From NCBI GenBank assembly GCA_964385305.1, contig CAYLOP010000001.1:4073-68072 (forward strand): a stretch of 64,000 nt of DNA, given 5' to 3'. The notes under the pieces were generated by a model that saw only the letters and a program-made list of their open reading frames with translations, had not been told where the DNA came from and searched no databases. Both the position numbers and the translations under genes were made by a program. This DNA comes from an uncultured Anaerolineaceae bacterium. Its GTDB lineage: Bacteria > Chloroflexota > Anaerolineae > Anaerolineales > E44-bin32. Below, piece after piece: positions 39,046 through 48,644 of this stretch (within the stretch, counting starts at the first letter, position 1; every line of letters starts with the position of its first letter).

Positions 39046-40162
39046 GCGCCCACTGCGGGTGCTGTCTATTTTTGGCACACGCCCTGAGGCAGTGAAGATG
39101 GCGCCAGTGGTCCGGCAATTGGAGGCCACGCCCGAGATCCAATCGCTGGTCTGCGTCACTGCCCAACACCGCCAGATGCTCGATCAGGTCTTAAACCTGT
39201 TTGATATTCAACCGGACTACGACCTCGATTTAATGCAACCCAATCAAGCTTTGCCGGAGCTCACGGGGGCGGTCTTTGAGGGCTTAGCCCCGGTTTTGCG
39301 AGAGGTGGCGCCGGATTGGATTTTTGTGCAAGGGGATACCACCACTGTGATGGCAGCTTGCCTGCTGGGTTATTATCACCGTGTGCGCATAGGACATGTT
39401 GAGGCGGGATTGCGAACCGGCGACAAGTGGCAACCATTCCCGGAGGAGATCAACCGAAGGGTCGCAGGCGTAGTAGCGGACCTCCATTTTGCACCCACGA
39501 GTCGAGCTCGCGAGAACTTGCTGCGCGAAGGCGTGGCCGACAGTGCTGTCGTTGTGACGGGTAACCCGGTGATCGATGCCCTACAAGCGATCGTCGCCCA
39601 ACCCTACGACATGCACGAGGGCGTGTTGGCCAAGTTGCCAGCGGATCGAAGGATCATTTTGGTGACCGCCCACAGGCGGGAAAACTTCGGAGAACCTCTC
39701 GAGAGGATTTTCACGGCACTGGAGATTCTTGCGAAGAAGTACGCGGATGATGTGCATATTGTGTATCCGGTTCACCTCAATCCCCATGTGCATGACCCCG
39801 CACATCGCCGTCTCGGACATATCCCCAACATCACACTCATTGAGCCGTTAGGCTACTTACCGATGGTGCACTTGATGGATCGTGCAACGCTGCTGCTGAC
39901 CGATTCGGGCGGACTGCAGGAGGAGGGACCGGCGTTGGGCAAACCTGTTCTCGTGATGCGTGAGGTGACGGAACGACCCGAGGCGATTGAAGCGGGGACA
40001 GCGCGTTTGGTGGGAACCGATGTCGATCGCATTGTGTCCGAGACGACGCGTTTGCTAGATGATCCCGACGCGTATGCCGCTATGGCGCGAGCCGTAAACC
40101 CCTTCGGCGATGGCCATGCTGCGGAACGGATCGTGGCGGCATTGCTCGACTTTCAAGCGTAG
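39038..40162 (+). CDS. wecB: UDP-N-acetylglucosamine 2-epimerase (non-hydrolysing)
   Basis: VLSIFGTRPEAVKMAPV, VQGDTTT, HVEAGLRT, TDSGGLQEE motifs. Overlaps the dehydrogenase gene by 8 nt. Confidence 0.9.
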   Translation: MRKRPLRVLSIFGTRPEAVKMAPVVRQLEATPEIQSLVCVTAQHRQMLDQVLNLFDIQPDYDLDLMQPNQALPELTGAVFEGLAPVLREVAPDWIFVQGDTTTVMAACLLGYYHRVRIGHVEAGLRTGDKWQPFPEEINRRVAGVVADLHFAPTSRARENLLREGVADSAVVVTGNPVIDALQAIVAQPYDMHEGVLAKLPADRRIILVTAHRRENFGEPLERIFTALEILAKKYADDVHIVYPVHLNPHVHDPAHRRLGHIPNITLIEPLGYLPMVHLMDRATLLLTDSGGLQEEGPALGKPVLVMREVTERPEAIEAGTARLVGTDVDRIVSETTRLLDDPDAYAAMARAVNPFGDGHAAERIVAALLDFQA

Positions 40163-40187
40163 GTTCTGGATAGGAGCAAGCATCCCT

Positions 40188-40640
40188 ATGGCGCGCAGAG
40201 ATCTCTTCACAGCTTTGGTATATGCTCGTGAAAACCCGTTGATCGGAAGCCTTGCGTACTATGCCCTGAAGCTTCTCGGAATCGAAATTCCACAGTCGGT
40301 ACAAATCGGGGAAGATTTTTTGTTGATCCATGGCGGATTCGGTGTCGTGATCCACCCGGATTCGATCATCGGGAATCGTGTAAAGATCTATCCTGGCGTC
40401 ACGTTGGGTCGGGCGGATATCCACCGTCCGACGGATCAATCGGATTTTAAACGCATTCTGGTGGAAGATGATGTCATCCTCGCACCCGGTGCCAAAGTAT
40501 TGGGGAAACAGGGCATCTTACGGATTGGGCGGGGGACGGTAATCGGCGCGAATGCCGTACTGCTCCAGTCTACGGGAGAGGGTGAGATGTGGGCGGGTGT
40601 GCCCGCAAAACTTGTGGGCATGCGGGAAGAGGCAGACTAA
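40188..40640 (+). CDS. Left-handed beta-helix acetyltransferase (serine-acetyltransferase-like, probable sugar O-acetyltransferase)
   Basis: Hexapeptide repeats (IHPDSIIGNRVKIYPGVTLG..., VEDDVILAPGAKVLG...IGRGTVIGANAVL). Start taken at MARRDL; the ORF opens at 40110. Confidence 0.75.
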   Translation: MARRDLFTALVYARENPLIGSLAYYALKLLGIEIPQSVQIGEDFLLIHGGFGVVIHPDSIIGNRVKIYPGVTLGRADIHRPTDQSDFKRILVEDDVILAPGAKVLGKQGILRIGRGTVIGANAVLLQSTGEGEMWAGVPAKLVGMREEAD

Positions 40641-40642
40641 GT

Positions 40643-41674
40643 ATGGCTGGACCCTCCCTTCGCCTTTGTATTCTTCCGCGCCCTTCCGGCGTCGGAGGTA
40701 TGGTCTCTTTCCGGCGCAGGCTTGGTCGTGGCTTGACCGCAAGAGGTATCGAGGTCTGTGATGAATTGGATACGGATTCCACCGATGCGATCCTGGTGAT
40801 TGGGGGGACGCGGCGGTTGGCTGACCTCTACCGGGCGCGCCGCCGAGGCGTACCGATCGTGCAGCGCCTGGATGGTATGAATTGGTTGCACCGCAAACTG
40901 CGTACAGGCCTCCGACATTTTCTACGGGCAGAATGGGGCAACTGGCTGCTCTCAACTATCCGATCAAATTTGGCGGATCGTGTCGTGTATCAAAGCGAGT
41001 TTGCACGCCGTTGGTGGGAGCGGGTGTATGGTCAAACAAAGGTGCCCACCGATGTCATCTTAAACGGGATCGATTTAGATCGTTACAACCCCAACGGGCC
41101 AGGCGCTCCTCCTGAAGAATACTACCGTCTCTTGATGGTGGAGGGTGCGCTGGGAGGTGGGTACGAACTGGGGCTGGAGCACGGCGTGAGATTGGCGGAG
41201 ATACTCGCGCAGGAGGTCACACGGCCAGTGGCGTTGATGGTTGTTGGGCGGGTGAGCCCCGCTTTACAAAACAAGGTCGAGGCGGGGACCAGCGTTCGCC
41301 TGCACTGGGCGGGTCTCGTGCCTCAAGAGCGGATCCCGGAGATCGATCGCTCTGCGCACCTTCTTTTTTCTGCCGACCTCAATCCCGCTTGCCCCAATAC
41401 CGTGATCGAAGCGATGGCATGCGGCCTTCCAGTGGTCGCTTTCGACACTGGCGCTTTGCCGGAGTTGGTGACCCAGGATGCGGGTCGATTGGCTCCTTAT
41501 GGAGGCAATCCCTGGAAGCTGGACCCCCCAAATGTCGCCGGGCTTGCGGATGCAGCGCGCAACGTTTTGGGGAATCAAGCGCGTTACCGGGAAGGTGCGA
41601 GATTCAGGGCTGAAGCGGATCTAGGCCTGGATCGCATGGTGGATGCGTATTTGACGGCATTAGGATGGGCATGA
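40643..41674 (+). CDS. Glycosyltransferase, GT-B fold (family 4-like)
   Basis: C-terminal GT1/GT4 donor-binding pattern (NTVIEAMACGLPVVAFDTGALPELV). The ATG at 40643 is 2 nt after the upstream stop. Confidence 0.8.
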   Translation: MAGPSLRLCILPRPSGVGGMVSFRRRLGRGLTARGIEVCDELDTDSTDAILVIGGTRRLADLYRARRRGVPIVQRLDGMNWLHRKLRTGLRHFLRAEWGNWLLSTIRSNLADRVVYQSEFARRWWERVYGQTKVPTDVILNGIDLDRYNPNGPGAPPEEYYRLLMVEGALGGGYELGLEHGVRLAEILAQEVTRPVALMVVGRVSPALQNKVEAGTSVRLHWAGLVPQERIPEIDRSAHLLFSADLNPACPNTVIEAMACGLPVVAFDTGALPELVTQDAGRLAPYGGNPWKLDPPNVAGLADAARNVLGNQARYREGARFRAEADLGLDRMVDAYLTALGWA

Positions 41675-41722
41675 TCTTCACCGGGCGGGTATACAGCCGT
41701 TGACGAAACCACTCCCGCTGCT

Positions 41723-42862
41723 GTGAGGGTGGAGGTTCGGTTGGTGATTCCACAAGGGCAAGGTAGCCGTTTTCAAGGGCGCGTTGGGCTGCAACAGCGT
41801 GTCTTGCCGACCTATCGTGTCCCCTTTTTCGATCGGTTAGCAGAGGCCTGCGAGGGCGGGTTGAGTGTCTTTGCGGGCATCCCACGCCCTGACGAAGCCA
41901 TCCTCACAACAGATCAACTTGGGCATGCACACTTTGTGGGGGCGCGGAATGTGCATATCTTGCGCGGCTCATTTTATCTCTGTGCACAGCTTGGCATCGA
42001 GGAATGGCTCTACCAGTGGGATCCAGGGATTTTGATCCTGGAGGCCAACCCTCGCTATGTGGGCAGTGGGCGCGCGATTCGTTGGATGCATACACGCGGT
42101 CGCCCTGTGATCGGGTGGGGGCTAGGAGCGCCACCGATACTCGGATTTGGGACTGCGCTTCGCAGAAATGCGCGCCGAACCTTCCTAAGTCGTTTCGATG
42201 CCATCCTTGCGTACAGTACGGTGGGTGCACAGCAATATAAGGAAGCGGGTTTTGCTAAGGAACGTATTTTCGTTGCACCCAATGCCGTCTCGTCTCGCCC
42301 TGGGCCGCTTCCTGAGCGACCTCTTCGCTCGGAAGGACCGGCGAAGGTGCTTTTTGTAGGTCGCTTGCAGGCTCGGAAACGGGTTGACTTGCTATTGAAG
42401 GCGTGTGCGGAACTCGACATACAGCCGGAGCTGTACATCGTTGGGAACGGACCAGCACGGTCCGATCTCGAGCATATGGCGAAACGCGTATTCCCACAGG
42501 CTCAATTCTTAGGCGCGAAACAGGGCGCCGAATTAGAATCGCTATTCGATCAGGTTGATCTGTTTGTGCTTCCTGGCACAGGGGGATTGGCTGTGCAGCA
42601 GGCGATGGCACACGGGCTGCCCGTGATTGTGGCGGAGGGCGATGGCACGCAGCGTGATTTAGTCTCGGGAGGCAACGGCTGGCTCGTGCCACCAGGTGAT
42701 GGACAGGCCTTGACGGCGACCTTACGGGAAGCGCTCTCTGATCCTGTCGCCTTGAGAGAACGGGGCCAAAGATCGCATCGCTTAGCACAGGAGCGATTCA
42801 ATATCGACGCCATGGTGGAAGCTTTTATCGCAGCGTTGAGATTCGTGTATAAGGATCGTTAA
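41723..42862 (+). CDS. Glycosyltransferase, GT-B fold (family 4-like)
   Basis: VLFVGRLQARKRVDLLL... and GGLAVQQAMAHGLPVIVAEGDGTQRDLV (EX7E-type region). GTG start. Confidence 0.8.
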   Translation: MRVEVRLVIPQGQGSRFQGRVGLQQRVLPTYRVPFFDRLAEACEGGLSVFAGIPRPDEAILTTDQLGHAHFVGARNVHILRGSFYLCAQLGIEEWLYQWDPGILILEANPRYVGSGRAIRWMHTRGRPVIGWGLGAPPILGFGTALRRNARRTFLSRFDAILAYSTVGAQQYKEAGFAKERIFVAPNAVSSRPGPLPERPLRSEGPAKVLFVGRLQARKRVDLLLKACAELDIQPELYIVGNGPARSDLEHMAKRVFPQAQFLGAKQGAELESLFDQVDLFVLPGTGGLAVQQAMAHGLPVIVAEGDGTQRDLVSGGNGWLVPPGDGQALTATLREALSDPVALRERGQRSHRLAQERFNIDAMVEAFIAALRFVYKDR

Positions 42863-42863
42863 G

Positions 42864-44066
42864 ATGCGTTTGTTATTCGTCGCGGACGGTCGCAGCCCTA
42901 TTGCCCGTAATTGGATATCATACTTCGCCCAATCTGGTCATGAGGTGCATCTGCTATCGACCTTCCCATGCCAAGTCGATTTTACGCTGGCCTCCGTCGG
43001 TACAGCCTTCGTCGCTTTCAGCGGGGCAGCGGGGAAAACACGGACCGCAGATGCCCATCCGGTAGGCGGCGCATCGGGAATCGCCCTCCGTGCGTTCCTG
43101 CGTCATTGGTTGGGACCGTTGACGATCCCGCGTGCAGCAAAGCGTGTCCGTGGAGCGATCGACGAGATCAGCCCGGATTTGGTGCATGCGATGCGCATAC
43201 CCTTCGAGGGTATGCTGGCCGCTACAGCAGATCCGCCTGCACCTCTCCTGATCTCTGTTTGGGGCAATGATTTCACACTCCACGCGAACGCATCACCTGG
43301 CATGATGTGGCTCACGAGGCGTGCAGTGAGCCGCGCGGATGCACTGCATACGGACTGTCGCCGCGATATTCGCATAGCACATCGATGGGGCTTCGCTGAG
43401 GGGAAACCCGAGGTCGTGCTGCCCGGCGGGGGTGGTGTCCGTACGGATTTGTTTTTCCCTGGAGAACCAGGCTTGGATGCCATTCGGGGTGAAATGGCGG
43501 GCGTGTTGCGAGATATTCCTGAAGAAGCGCCAGTGGTCATCAACCCGCGTGGCTTCCGTGCATACGTGCGGAATGATACCTTCTTCCAGGCGATCCCCAG
43601 GATCTTGGAGGCGTATCCGGAGACGGTTTTCCTGTGTCCGTCGATGGCGGGTGAAAGGCAGGCGCTCTCTTGGATCGAGCGTTTGGGTATTCGGACAAAC
43701 GTACGCTTGCTCCCGCGACTCACACCGCCCGAGATGGCGGCGGCATACCGTCGATCGCAGGTCGCCGTATCGCCGAGCGAGCACGATGGAACGCCGAACA
43801 CCCTGCTGGAAGCCATGGCCTGCGGTTGTTTCCCCGTGGTTGGAGATTTGGAGTCGATCCGCGAGTGGATCGAAAACACGGTAAACGGGCTGCTGGTTGA
43901 CCCTGCCGACCCTGCCGAGCTTGCAAGCGCTGTGGTTCAGAGCTTATCCAATCCTGAGATGCGCGCTCAAGGCAGAGCGTACAACCAGCGGTTTATCCGG
44001 GAGCGAGCCACACGCGAGCTTGTTATGAAGCAAGCAGAGGATTATTACCGGCAGCTTGTTGGATGA
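42864..44066 (+). CDS. Glycosyltransferase, GT-B fold (family 4-like)
   Basis: MRLLFVADGRSPIARNW N-terminus and C-terminal SEHDGTPNTLLEAMACGCFPVVGDLESIREWI. Starts 1 nt after the upstream stop. Confidence 0.8.
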   Translation: MRLLFVADGRSPIARNWISYFAQSGHEVHLLSTFPCQVDFTLASVGTAFVAFSGAAGKTRTADAHPVGGASGIALRAFLRHWLGPLTIPRAAKRVRGAIDEISPDLVHAMRIPFEGMLAATADPPAPLLISVWGNDFTLHANASPGMMWLTRRAVSRADALHTDCRRDIRIAHRWGFAEGKPEVVLPGGGGVRTDLFFPGEPGLDAIRGEMAGVLRDIPEEAPVVINPRGFRAYVRNDTFFQAIPRILEAYPETVFLCPSMAGERQALSWIERLGIRTNVRLLPRLTPPEMAAAYRRSQVAVSPSEHDGTPNTLLEAMACGCFPVVGDLESIREWIENTVNGLLVDPADPAELASAVVQSLSNPEMRAQGRAYNQRFIRERATRELVMKQAEDYYRQLVG

Positions 44067-44208
44067 GGGGAATTCGCTGTGCTTGCAAGGGCTCAATTCG
44101 GAGCGTGAAACACATCGTTTTAGGTGCGATGCGGCGGATACCTCAGCGCCTTCCCTAATGCTATAATCCTCACATCGAAGAGGCGGTTATCGGTTCTTAT
44201 CAGATGGG

Positions 44209-46419
44209 ATGAACCAACTCATCTCGAATAAAGTTGATCCTTGGATGCGTATGAAGCAAATTGTGCAAGATGCCCGCTCAGGCGAAACGGTTGTGCTCGA
44301 CGTGCCAGTCCCCAAGCCGGGTCCAGGAATGGCTTTGGTACGGACGGGGGCTTCCCTGATCTCCGTAGGCACAGAGCGAACCCTGGTCGAATTTGCTGCA
44401 AAGAGCCTGGCGGGGAAGGCCCGCTCGCGACCCGATCTGGTTAAACAAGTCCTCGAAAAGGCACGTCGCGAGGGTCTACTGACGACAGCTGGAGCGGTGT
44501 TTAACCGACTCGATCAACCGATGCCCTTGGGCTATTCCTCTGCAGGTGAGGTTATAGCGGTTGGAGAAGGATTGCAGGGGTATCGGGTTGGTGACCGGGT
44601 CGCCTGTGCAGGCGGTGGCTATGCCGTCCATGCGGAGTACGCTGTCGTACCTCAGAATCTGCTTGCACACCTGCCAGAACAGGTAGATTTCGAATCGGGG
44701 GCGTTCGCCACGCTGGGAGCTGTTGCGCTGCATGGTTTTCGCCTTGCGGAAACGCAGGTTGGTGATCGAATTGCGGTAGTCGGGCTTGGATTGCTGGGAT
44801 TATTGGCTGCAGGAATCGCACGCGCGGCCGGATGTGATGTGTTCGGGGTCGATCTAGACGCCGCACGGGTGGCGTTAGCGCGCCAGATGGGAATCGAGGC
44901 TGAGTTGAGAGAGGGCGCCGAGGAAGTGGGGAACTCCCTGAGCCAAGGCGCCGGATTTGATGCAGTCCTCATATGTGCAGATACGAGCTCAAACGATCCG
45001 GTTGAACTCGCCGGCGAGCTGGCGCGCGATCGAGGGAGAGTGGTTGCGGTCGGCGCAGTGGGCATGAATGTGCCGCGCAGAGTCTATTATCAAAAGGAAC
45101 TCAACCTTATCATCTCGCGGTCTTATGGGCCTGGCCGGTATGATCCTGTCTATGAGGAGGGGGGGCAGGATTACCCAATCGGCTACGTTCGCTGGACAGA
45201 AGGTCGCAATCTAGCCGCTTTCGTAGAATTGTTGGCAAGCGGCGAAGTGGATGTCGCACCCCTCATCAGCCATCGCTTCCCTATTGAACAGGGAACGGAA
45301 GCCTATGCCTTGATAACCGGTGGTTCGAGTGAACCATTTCTGGGGGTGCTACTTACCTACCCAGAGGTTGATTCGGCGTGGGAGCGTCTCCCTCGCATCA
45401 CCCAATTGGAGACAAAAGCCTTAGCAGCAACATCGATGGTACGCCTTGGAGCCTTTGGTGCGGGGAATTTCGCGACGGCTGTGATGTTCCCAGCGTTGAA
45501 GGGATTGGATGGGCTCGAACTTGTCGGCTTGGCCACAGCTTCCGGTCTGAAAAGCACACACGTGGGTAGCAGGTACGGATTTGAATACGCCACCACAGAT
45601 GAAGTACAAATCCTCTCGGATGAGCGTATCAATACGGTCGCTATTTTGACCCGGCATCATCTGCACGCAGGACAGGTCATCGCCGCGCTGGAGGCGGGAA
45701 AGCACGTATTTTGTGAGAAACCGCTGGCCATTCACCGCGAAGAGCTACAGACGATAGCCGCGACGCTCGAGGCGAGTGGGCGGATGCTCATGGTCGGCTT
45801 CAACCGTCGTTTCGCGCCGCTGGCTGTGCGCATGAAAGCTTTCCTTGAGAAAGTGCACGAGCCGTTGATGCTGCACTACCGCATAAACGCGGGTTATTTG
45901 CCAGCGGAGCATTGGCTGCACGACCCCGATCAAGGCGGCGGCCGTATCATTGGTGAGGCCTGTCATTTCATCGACTTTCTCACGTTCCTGATTGGTGAAC
46001 CACCCAGCCGTGTGCAGGCAAGGGGATTGCCAGATCAGGGTAGATATTATGAAGATAATGTCATCATGACATTTGAATTCCCCAGTGGTTCGCTCGGCAC
46101 CGTAGCTTACCTGGCCGGTGGGGATCGAGCATTTCCAAAGGAGCGGGTAGAAGCGATCGGCGGCGGTCATGTGGCGGTCTTGGACGATTTTCGAAGCCTA
46201 GAGACCTATCATGCTGGCAGCCGAAAGGTTCAACGTTCACGGCTGCGGCAGGATAAGGGGCATCGTGCTGAGTGGGAGGCTTTCGTCGCCGCGCTGACCC
46301 GAGGTGAAGTGCCGCCCATATCATACGACCACCTGTTTGCTGTAACACAAGCCTCGTTCCTTGCGGTTGAGTCCTTGCGCTCAGGCGAGGGAATCACTTT
46401 GGATCCCCCAATTGCGTGA
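44209..46419 (+). CDS. Bi-domain oxidoreductase: zinc-type alcohol dehydrogenase-like domain + Gfo/Idh/MocA domain
   Basis: The N-terminal MDR/ADH-like region has a Rossmann motif VVGLGLLGLLAAG. The C-terminal Gfo/Idh/MocA region has LGAFGAGNFA, EKPLA and GFNRRFAP. Alternative starts at 44245 and 44251. Confidence 0.85.
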   Translation: MNQLISNKVDPWMRMKQIVQDARSGETVVLDVPVPKPGPGMALVRTGASLISVGTERTLVEFAAKSLAGKARSRPDLVKQVLEKARREGLLTTAGAVFNRLDQPMPLGYSSAGEVIAVGEGLQGYRVGDRVACAGGGYAVHAEYAVVPQNLLAHLPEQVDFESGAFATLGAVALHGFRLAETQVGDRIAVVGLGLLGLLAAGIARAAGCDVFGVDLDAARVALARQMGIEAELREGAEEVGNSLSQGAGFDAVLICADTSSNDPVELAGELARDRGRVVAVGAVGMNVPRRVYYQKELNLIISRSYGPGRYDPVYEEGGQDYPIGYVRWTEGRNLAAFVELLASGEVDVAPLISHRFPIEQGTEAYALITGGSSEPFLGVLLTYPEVDSAWERLPRITQLETKALAATSMVRLGAFGAGNFATAVMFPALKGLDGLELVGLATASGLKSTHVGSRYGFEYATTDEVQILSDERINTVAILTRHHLHAGQVIAALEAGKHVFCEKPLAIHREELQTIAATLEASGRMLMVGFNRRFAPLAVRMKAFLEKVHEPLMLHYRINAGYLPAEHWLHDPDQGGGRIIGEACHFIDFLTFLIGEPPSRVQARGLPDQGRYYEDNVIMTFEFPSGSLGTVAYLAGGDRAFPKERVEAIGGGHVAVLDDFRSLETYHAGSRKVQRSRLRQDKGHRAEWEAFVAALTRGEVPPISYDHLFAVTQASFLAVESLRSGEGITLDPPIA

Positions 46420-48644
46420 TGGGCCCGCGAATGCCGGCGCTGCGCGCCATACGTGAAATCGGTGTTGGTCCCCTAAGTCTTAATGCACGCTACCACATCC
46501 TGCTCCGCAGCGGCTGGCCGCGCCGGAGCACGCCAGCCTTAGAGTGGGAGGCGAAGCCGCTTGAACGCTGGCTACGCCCAGGAATCCCTCCAACAGGCCA
46601 GGATTATGCCGTGTATCGGCAGAAGAACGCCCCTGTATTCTTCCTCCCCAAAGAGCATGAATTTACCCAGGCCCTGAAGCATATCCATCACGGTAGCGTC
46701 AAGGATGCATTTGTAGAGGCAGAAGCACTGCTTGAAGGTAAATTCAATCTCTTCGGCATCGCTGAAGTCGATGTGGGGTTCCCGCCTGATTGGGGTGCCT
46801 TTGCGCCGCTGGCTGGGGGTGAGACCAGCGGGCGCGTGGATCTAAACCATCATTGGTCGGTCTACGATGCGGCGTCCTTTCCTGCCGACGTCAAACTGCT
46901 ATGGGAGTTGAGCCGGTTTGGGTGGGTTTATCCTCTGATTCGCGCCTATGCGTTGTCGGGCGAGGTCCGCTATGTGGATGGTTTCTACACACTCGTCGAT
47001 TCCTGGCGCAAAGCGAACCGCCCCAATGCTGGCCCACACTGGCTATCCGCGCAGGAAGTGGCGCTGCGGCTGATGGCGCTCGTCACCGCAACCTACGCCT
47101 TTCAGCGGAATTTGGTGGAAGACGGGGAGCGATTGTCTCAACTTGTGCAGATGATTGCTGTACATGCCGCCCGAATCCCACCCACGATGTTGTATGCTCG
47201 CGCGCAGGGCAACAATCATCTGCTCACCGAGGCACTCGCACTCTATACGGTAGGTGTGCTTTTCCCTGAACTTCGACCGGCGGATCGCTGGCAGGAACTA
47301 GGTCGACGTTGGCTATTGCGGGCGTTGGACCAACAGATCTTTCCAGATGGTGGATATGTGCAGCATTCCACGAATTATCATCGTCTCGCGCTCCAGGCAG
47401 GATTATGGGCGGCACGCCTTGCCGAGGTACACGGTGCCCCTCTCCCGCCTCCAAGTTTAGAAGCCCTCCGCCGGCTAACCCATTGCCTGAGCGCTCTTGT
47501 TGATTCGGAGCGTGGCTGTGCCCCCAATTTTGGTCCCAATGACGGAGCGCTCATCCTGCCGTGGAGCACATGTAGCTTCGATGATTTTCGCCCTGTCGTG
47601 CAGGCTGGCATGCGAGCGTTCGTGGGGCAACCGATCTACGATGCGGGGCTATGGGATGAGGAAAGCGTATGGTTGGGTCTCCTTCAGGTAGCAAGCCAGA
47701 CCCACGAAGACCCCTCTCCGATTTCACTTAATCTGCAAGGACGGACCACCGTATCCTTAGAGACGTTTCCCTACGCAGGCCTGCATATCCTGGGCTGCGG
47801 ACGATCTCACGGCGTTCTGCGCTGTGCCCGATTTCAAACCCGGCCGGGACATTCAGATCAACTCCATTTTGATTTATGGCGGGATGGCCAAGCCGTGGCA
47901 CGCGATCCGGGAACCTATCTCTACAGCGGCGAACCGCCGTGGGATAATGGTCTGGTAGGCACTGCCGTACATAACACGATCCTCGTGGACGGTATCGATC
48001 CCATGATCAAAGCAGGTCGGTTCCTGTGGCTTCGGTGGGCGCAGGGGCGGGTTTTGGGACGCTGGCGGACGGCAAGCGAAAAGCTCGAGATCCTTGCTGC
48101 GGAACATCACGGTTACAGCCGGCTCGGCGTCATCAATCGCAGGACCCTTGTGCGTGCCGGTGAGAATCTCTGGTTGGTTGTTGATGATGTACTTGGCGAG
48201 GGTGTCCACACTGCGAGCCTTGGATGGACACTTCCGGTTGGTGACTGGCAATGGGAGGGCGATTGCCTTGGTATCGTAAGTAGAGATGTGGGTTTGGAAG
48301 CGCGCATCGAAAGTCCATCAGGGGGCGCGTGGATCTATCGCGAGGGTCGTTTGCTAGCAGGCGAACCCACGACAGATGAATGTGAGGTATGGGGTTGGAT
48401 GTCCCCAACGTATGCCGAAAAAGAGCCTGCAATACGGTGGGGTGTGACGGTCAGGGATGCCCTTCCGATCCGATTGAAGACGTGGTGGACCTTCGAGGGG
48501 GCGAATACCGAGGCGCTCCGCGTTGGTTGGCGCCTACCGCGTGGAGACGCGGTGGCTGTAGAATGGCTCGAAATGGATGGGGAGTATTTGGACACCGACA
48601 ATGCATATCTTGTTGATTCATCAGGCGTTCGCCGCGCTGGATGA
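46416..48644 (+). CDS. Heparinase II/III-family (alginate-lyase-fold) protein, no signal peptide
   Basis: The N-terminal alpha/alpha-toroid region contains NHLLTEALALY and HSTNYHRLAL. The C-terminal Hepar_II_III-like region contains GHSDQLHFDLW and AVHNTILVDG. Overlaps the upstream stop by 4 nt. The N-terminus is not hydrophobic. Confidence 0.8.
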   Translation: MMGPRMPALRAIREIGVGPLSLNARYHILLRSGWPRRSTPALEWEAKPLERWLRPGIPPTGQDYAVYRQKNAPVFFLPKEHEFTQALKHIHHGSVKDAFVEAEALLEGKFNLFGIAEVDVGFPPDWGAFAPLAGGETSGRVDLNHHWSVYDAASFPADVKLLWELSRFGWVYPLIRAYALSGEVRYVDGFYTLVDSWRKANRPNAGPHWLSAQEVALRLMALVTATYAFQRNLVEDGERLSQLVQMIAVHAARIPPTMLYARAQGNNHLLTEALALYTVGVLFPELRPADRWQELGRRWLLRALDQQIFPDGGYVQHSTNYHRLALQAGLWAARLAEVHGAPLPPPSLEALRRLTHCLSALVDSERGCAPNFGPNDGALILPWSTCSFDDFRPVVQAGMRAFVGQPIYDAGLWDEESVWLGLLQVASQTHEDPSPISLNLQGRTTVSLETFPYAGLHILGCGRSHGVLRCARFQTRPGHSDQLHFDLWRDGQAVARDPGTYLYSGEPPWDNGLVGTAVHNTILVDGIDPMIKAGRFLWLRWAQGRVLGRWRTASEKLEILAAEHHGYSRLGVINRRTLVRAGENLWLVVDDVLGEGVHTASLGWTLPVGDWQWEGDCLGIVSRDVGLEARIESPSGGAWIYREGRLLAGEPTTDECEVWGWMSPTYAEKEPAIRWGVTVRDALPIRLKTWWTFEGANTEALRVGWRLPRGDAVAVEWLEMDGEYLDTDNAYLVDSSGVRRAG

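Noticed and set aside
43103-43879. 258-aa minus-strand ORF, plus similar ones at 42255-42788, 61611-62384, 13069-13611, 27474-28115 and 33637-34182
   Set aside because: All lie antisense to, or out of frame with, genes that have strong family signatures. They have biased Arg/Ser/Pro composition and no motifs.
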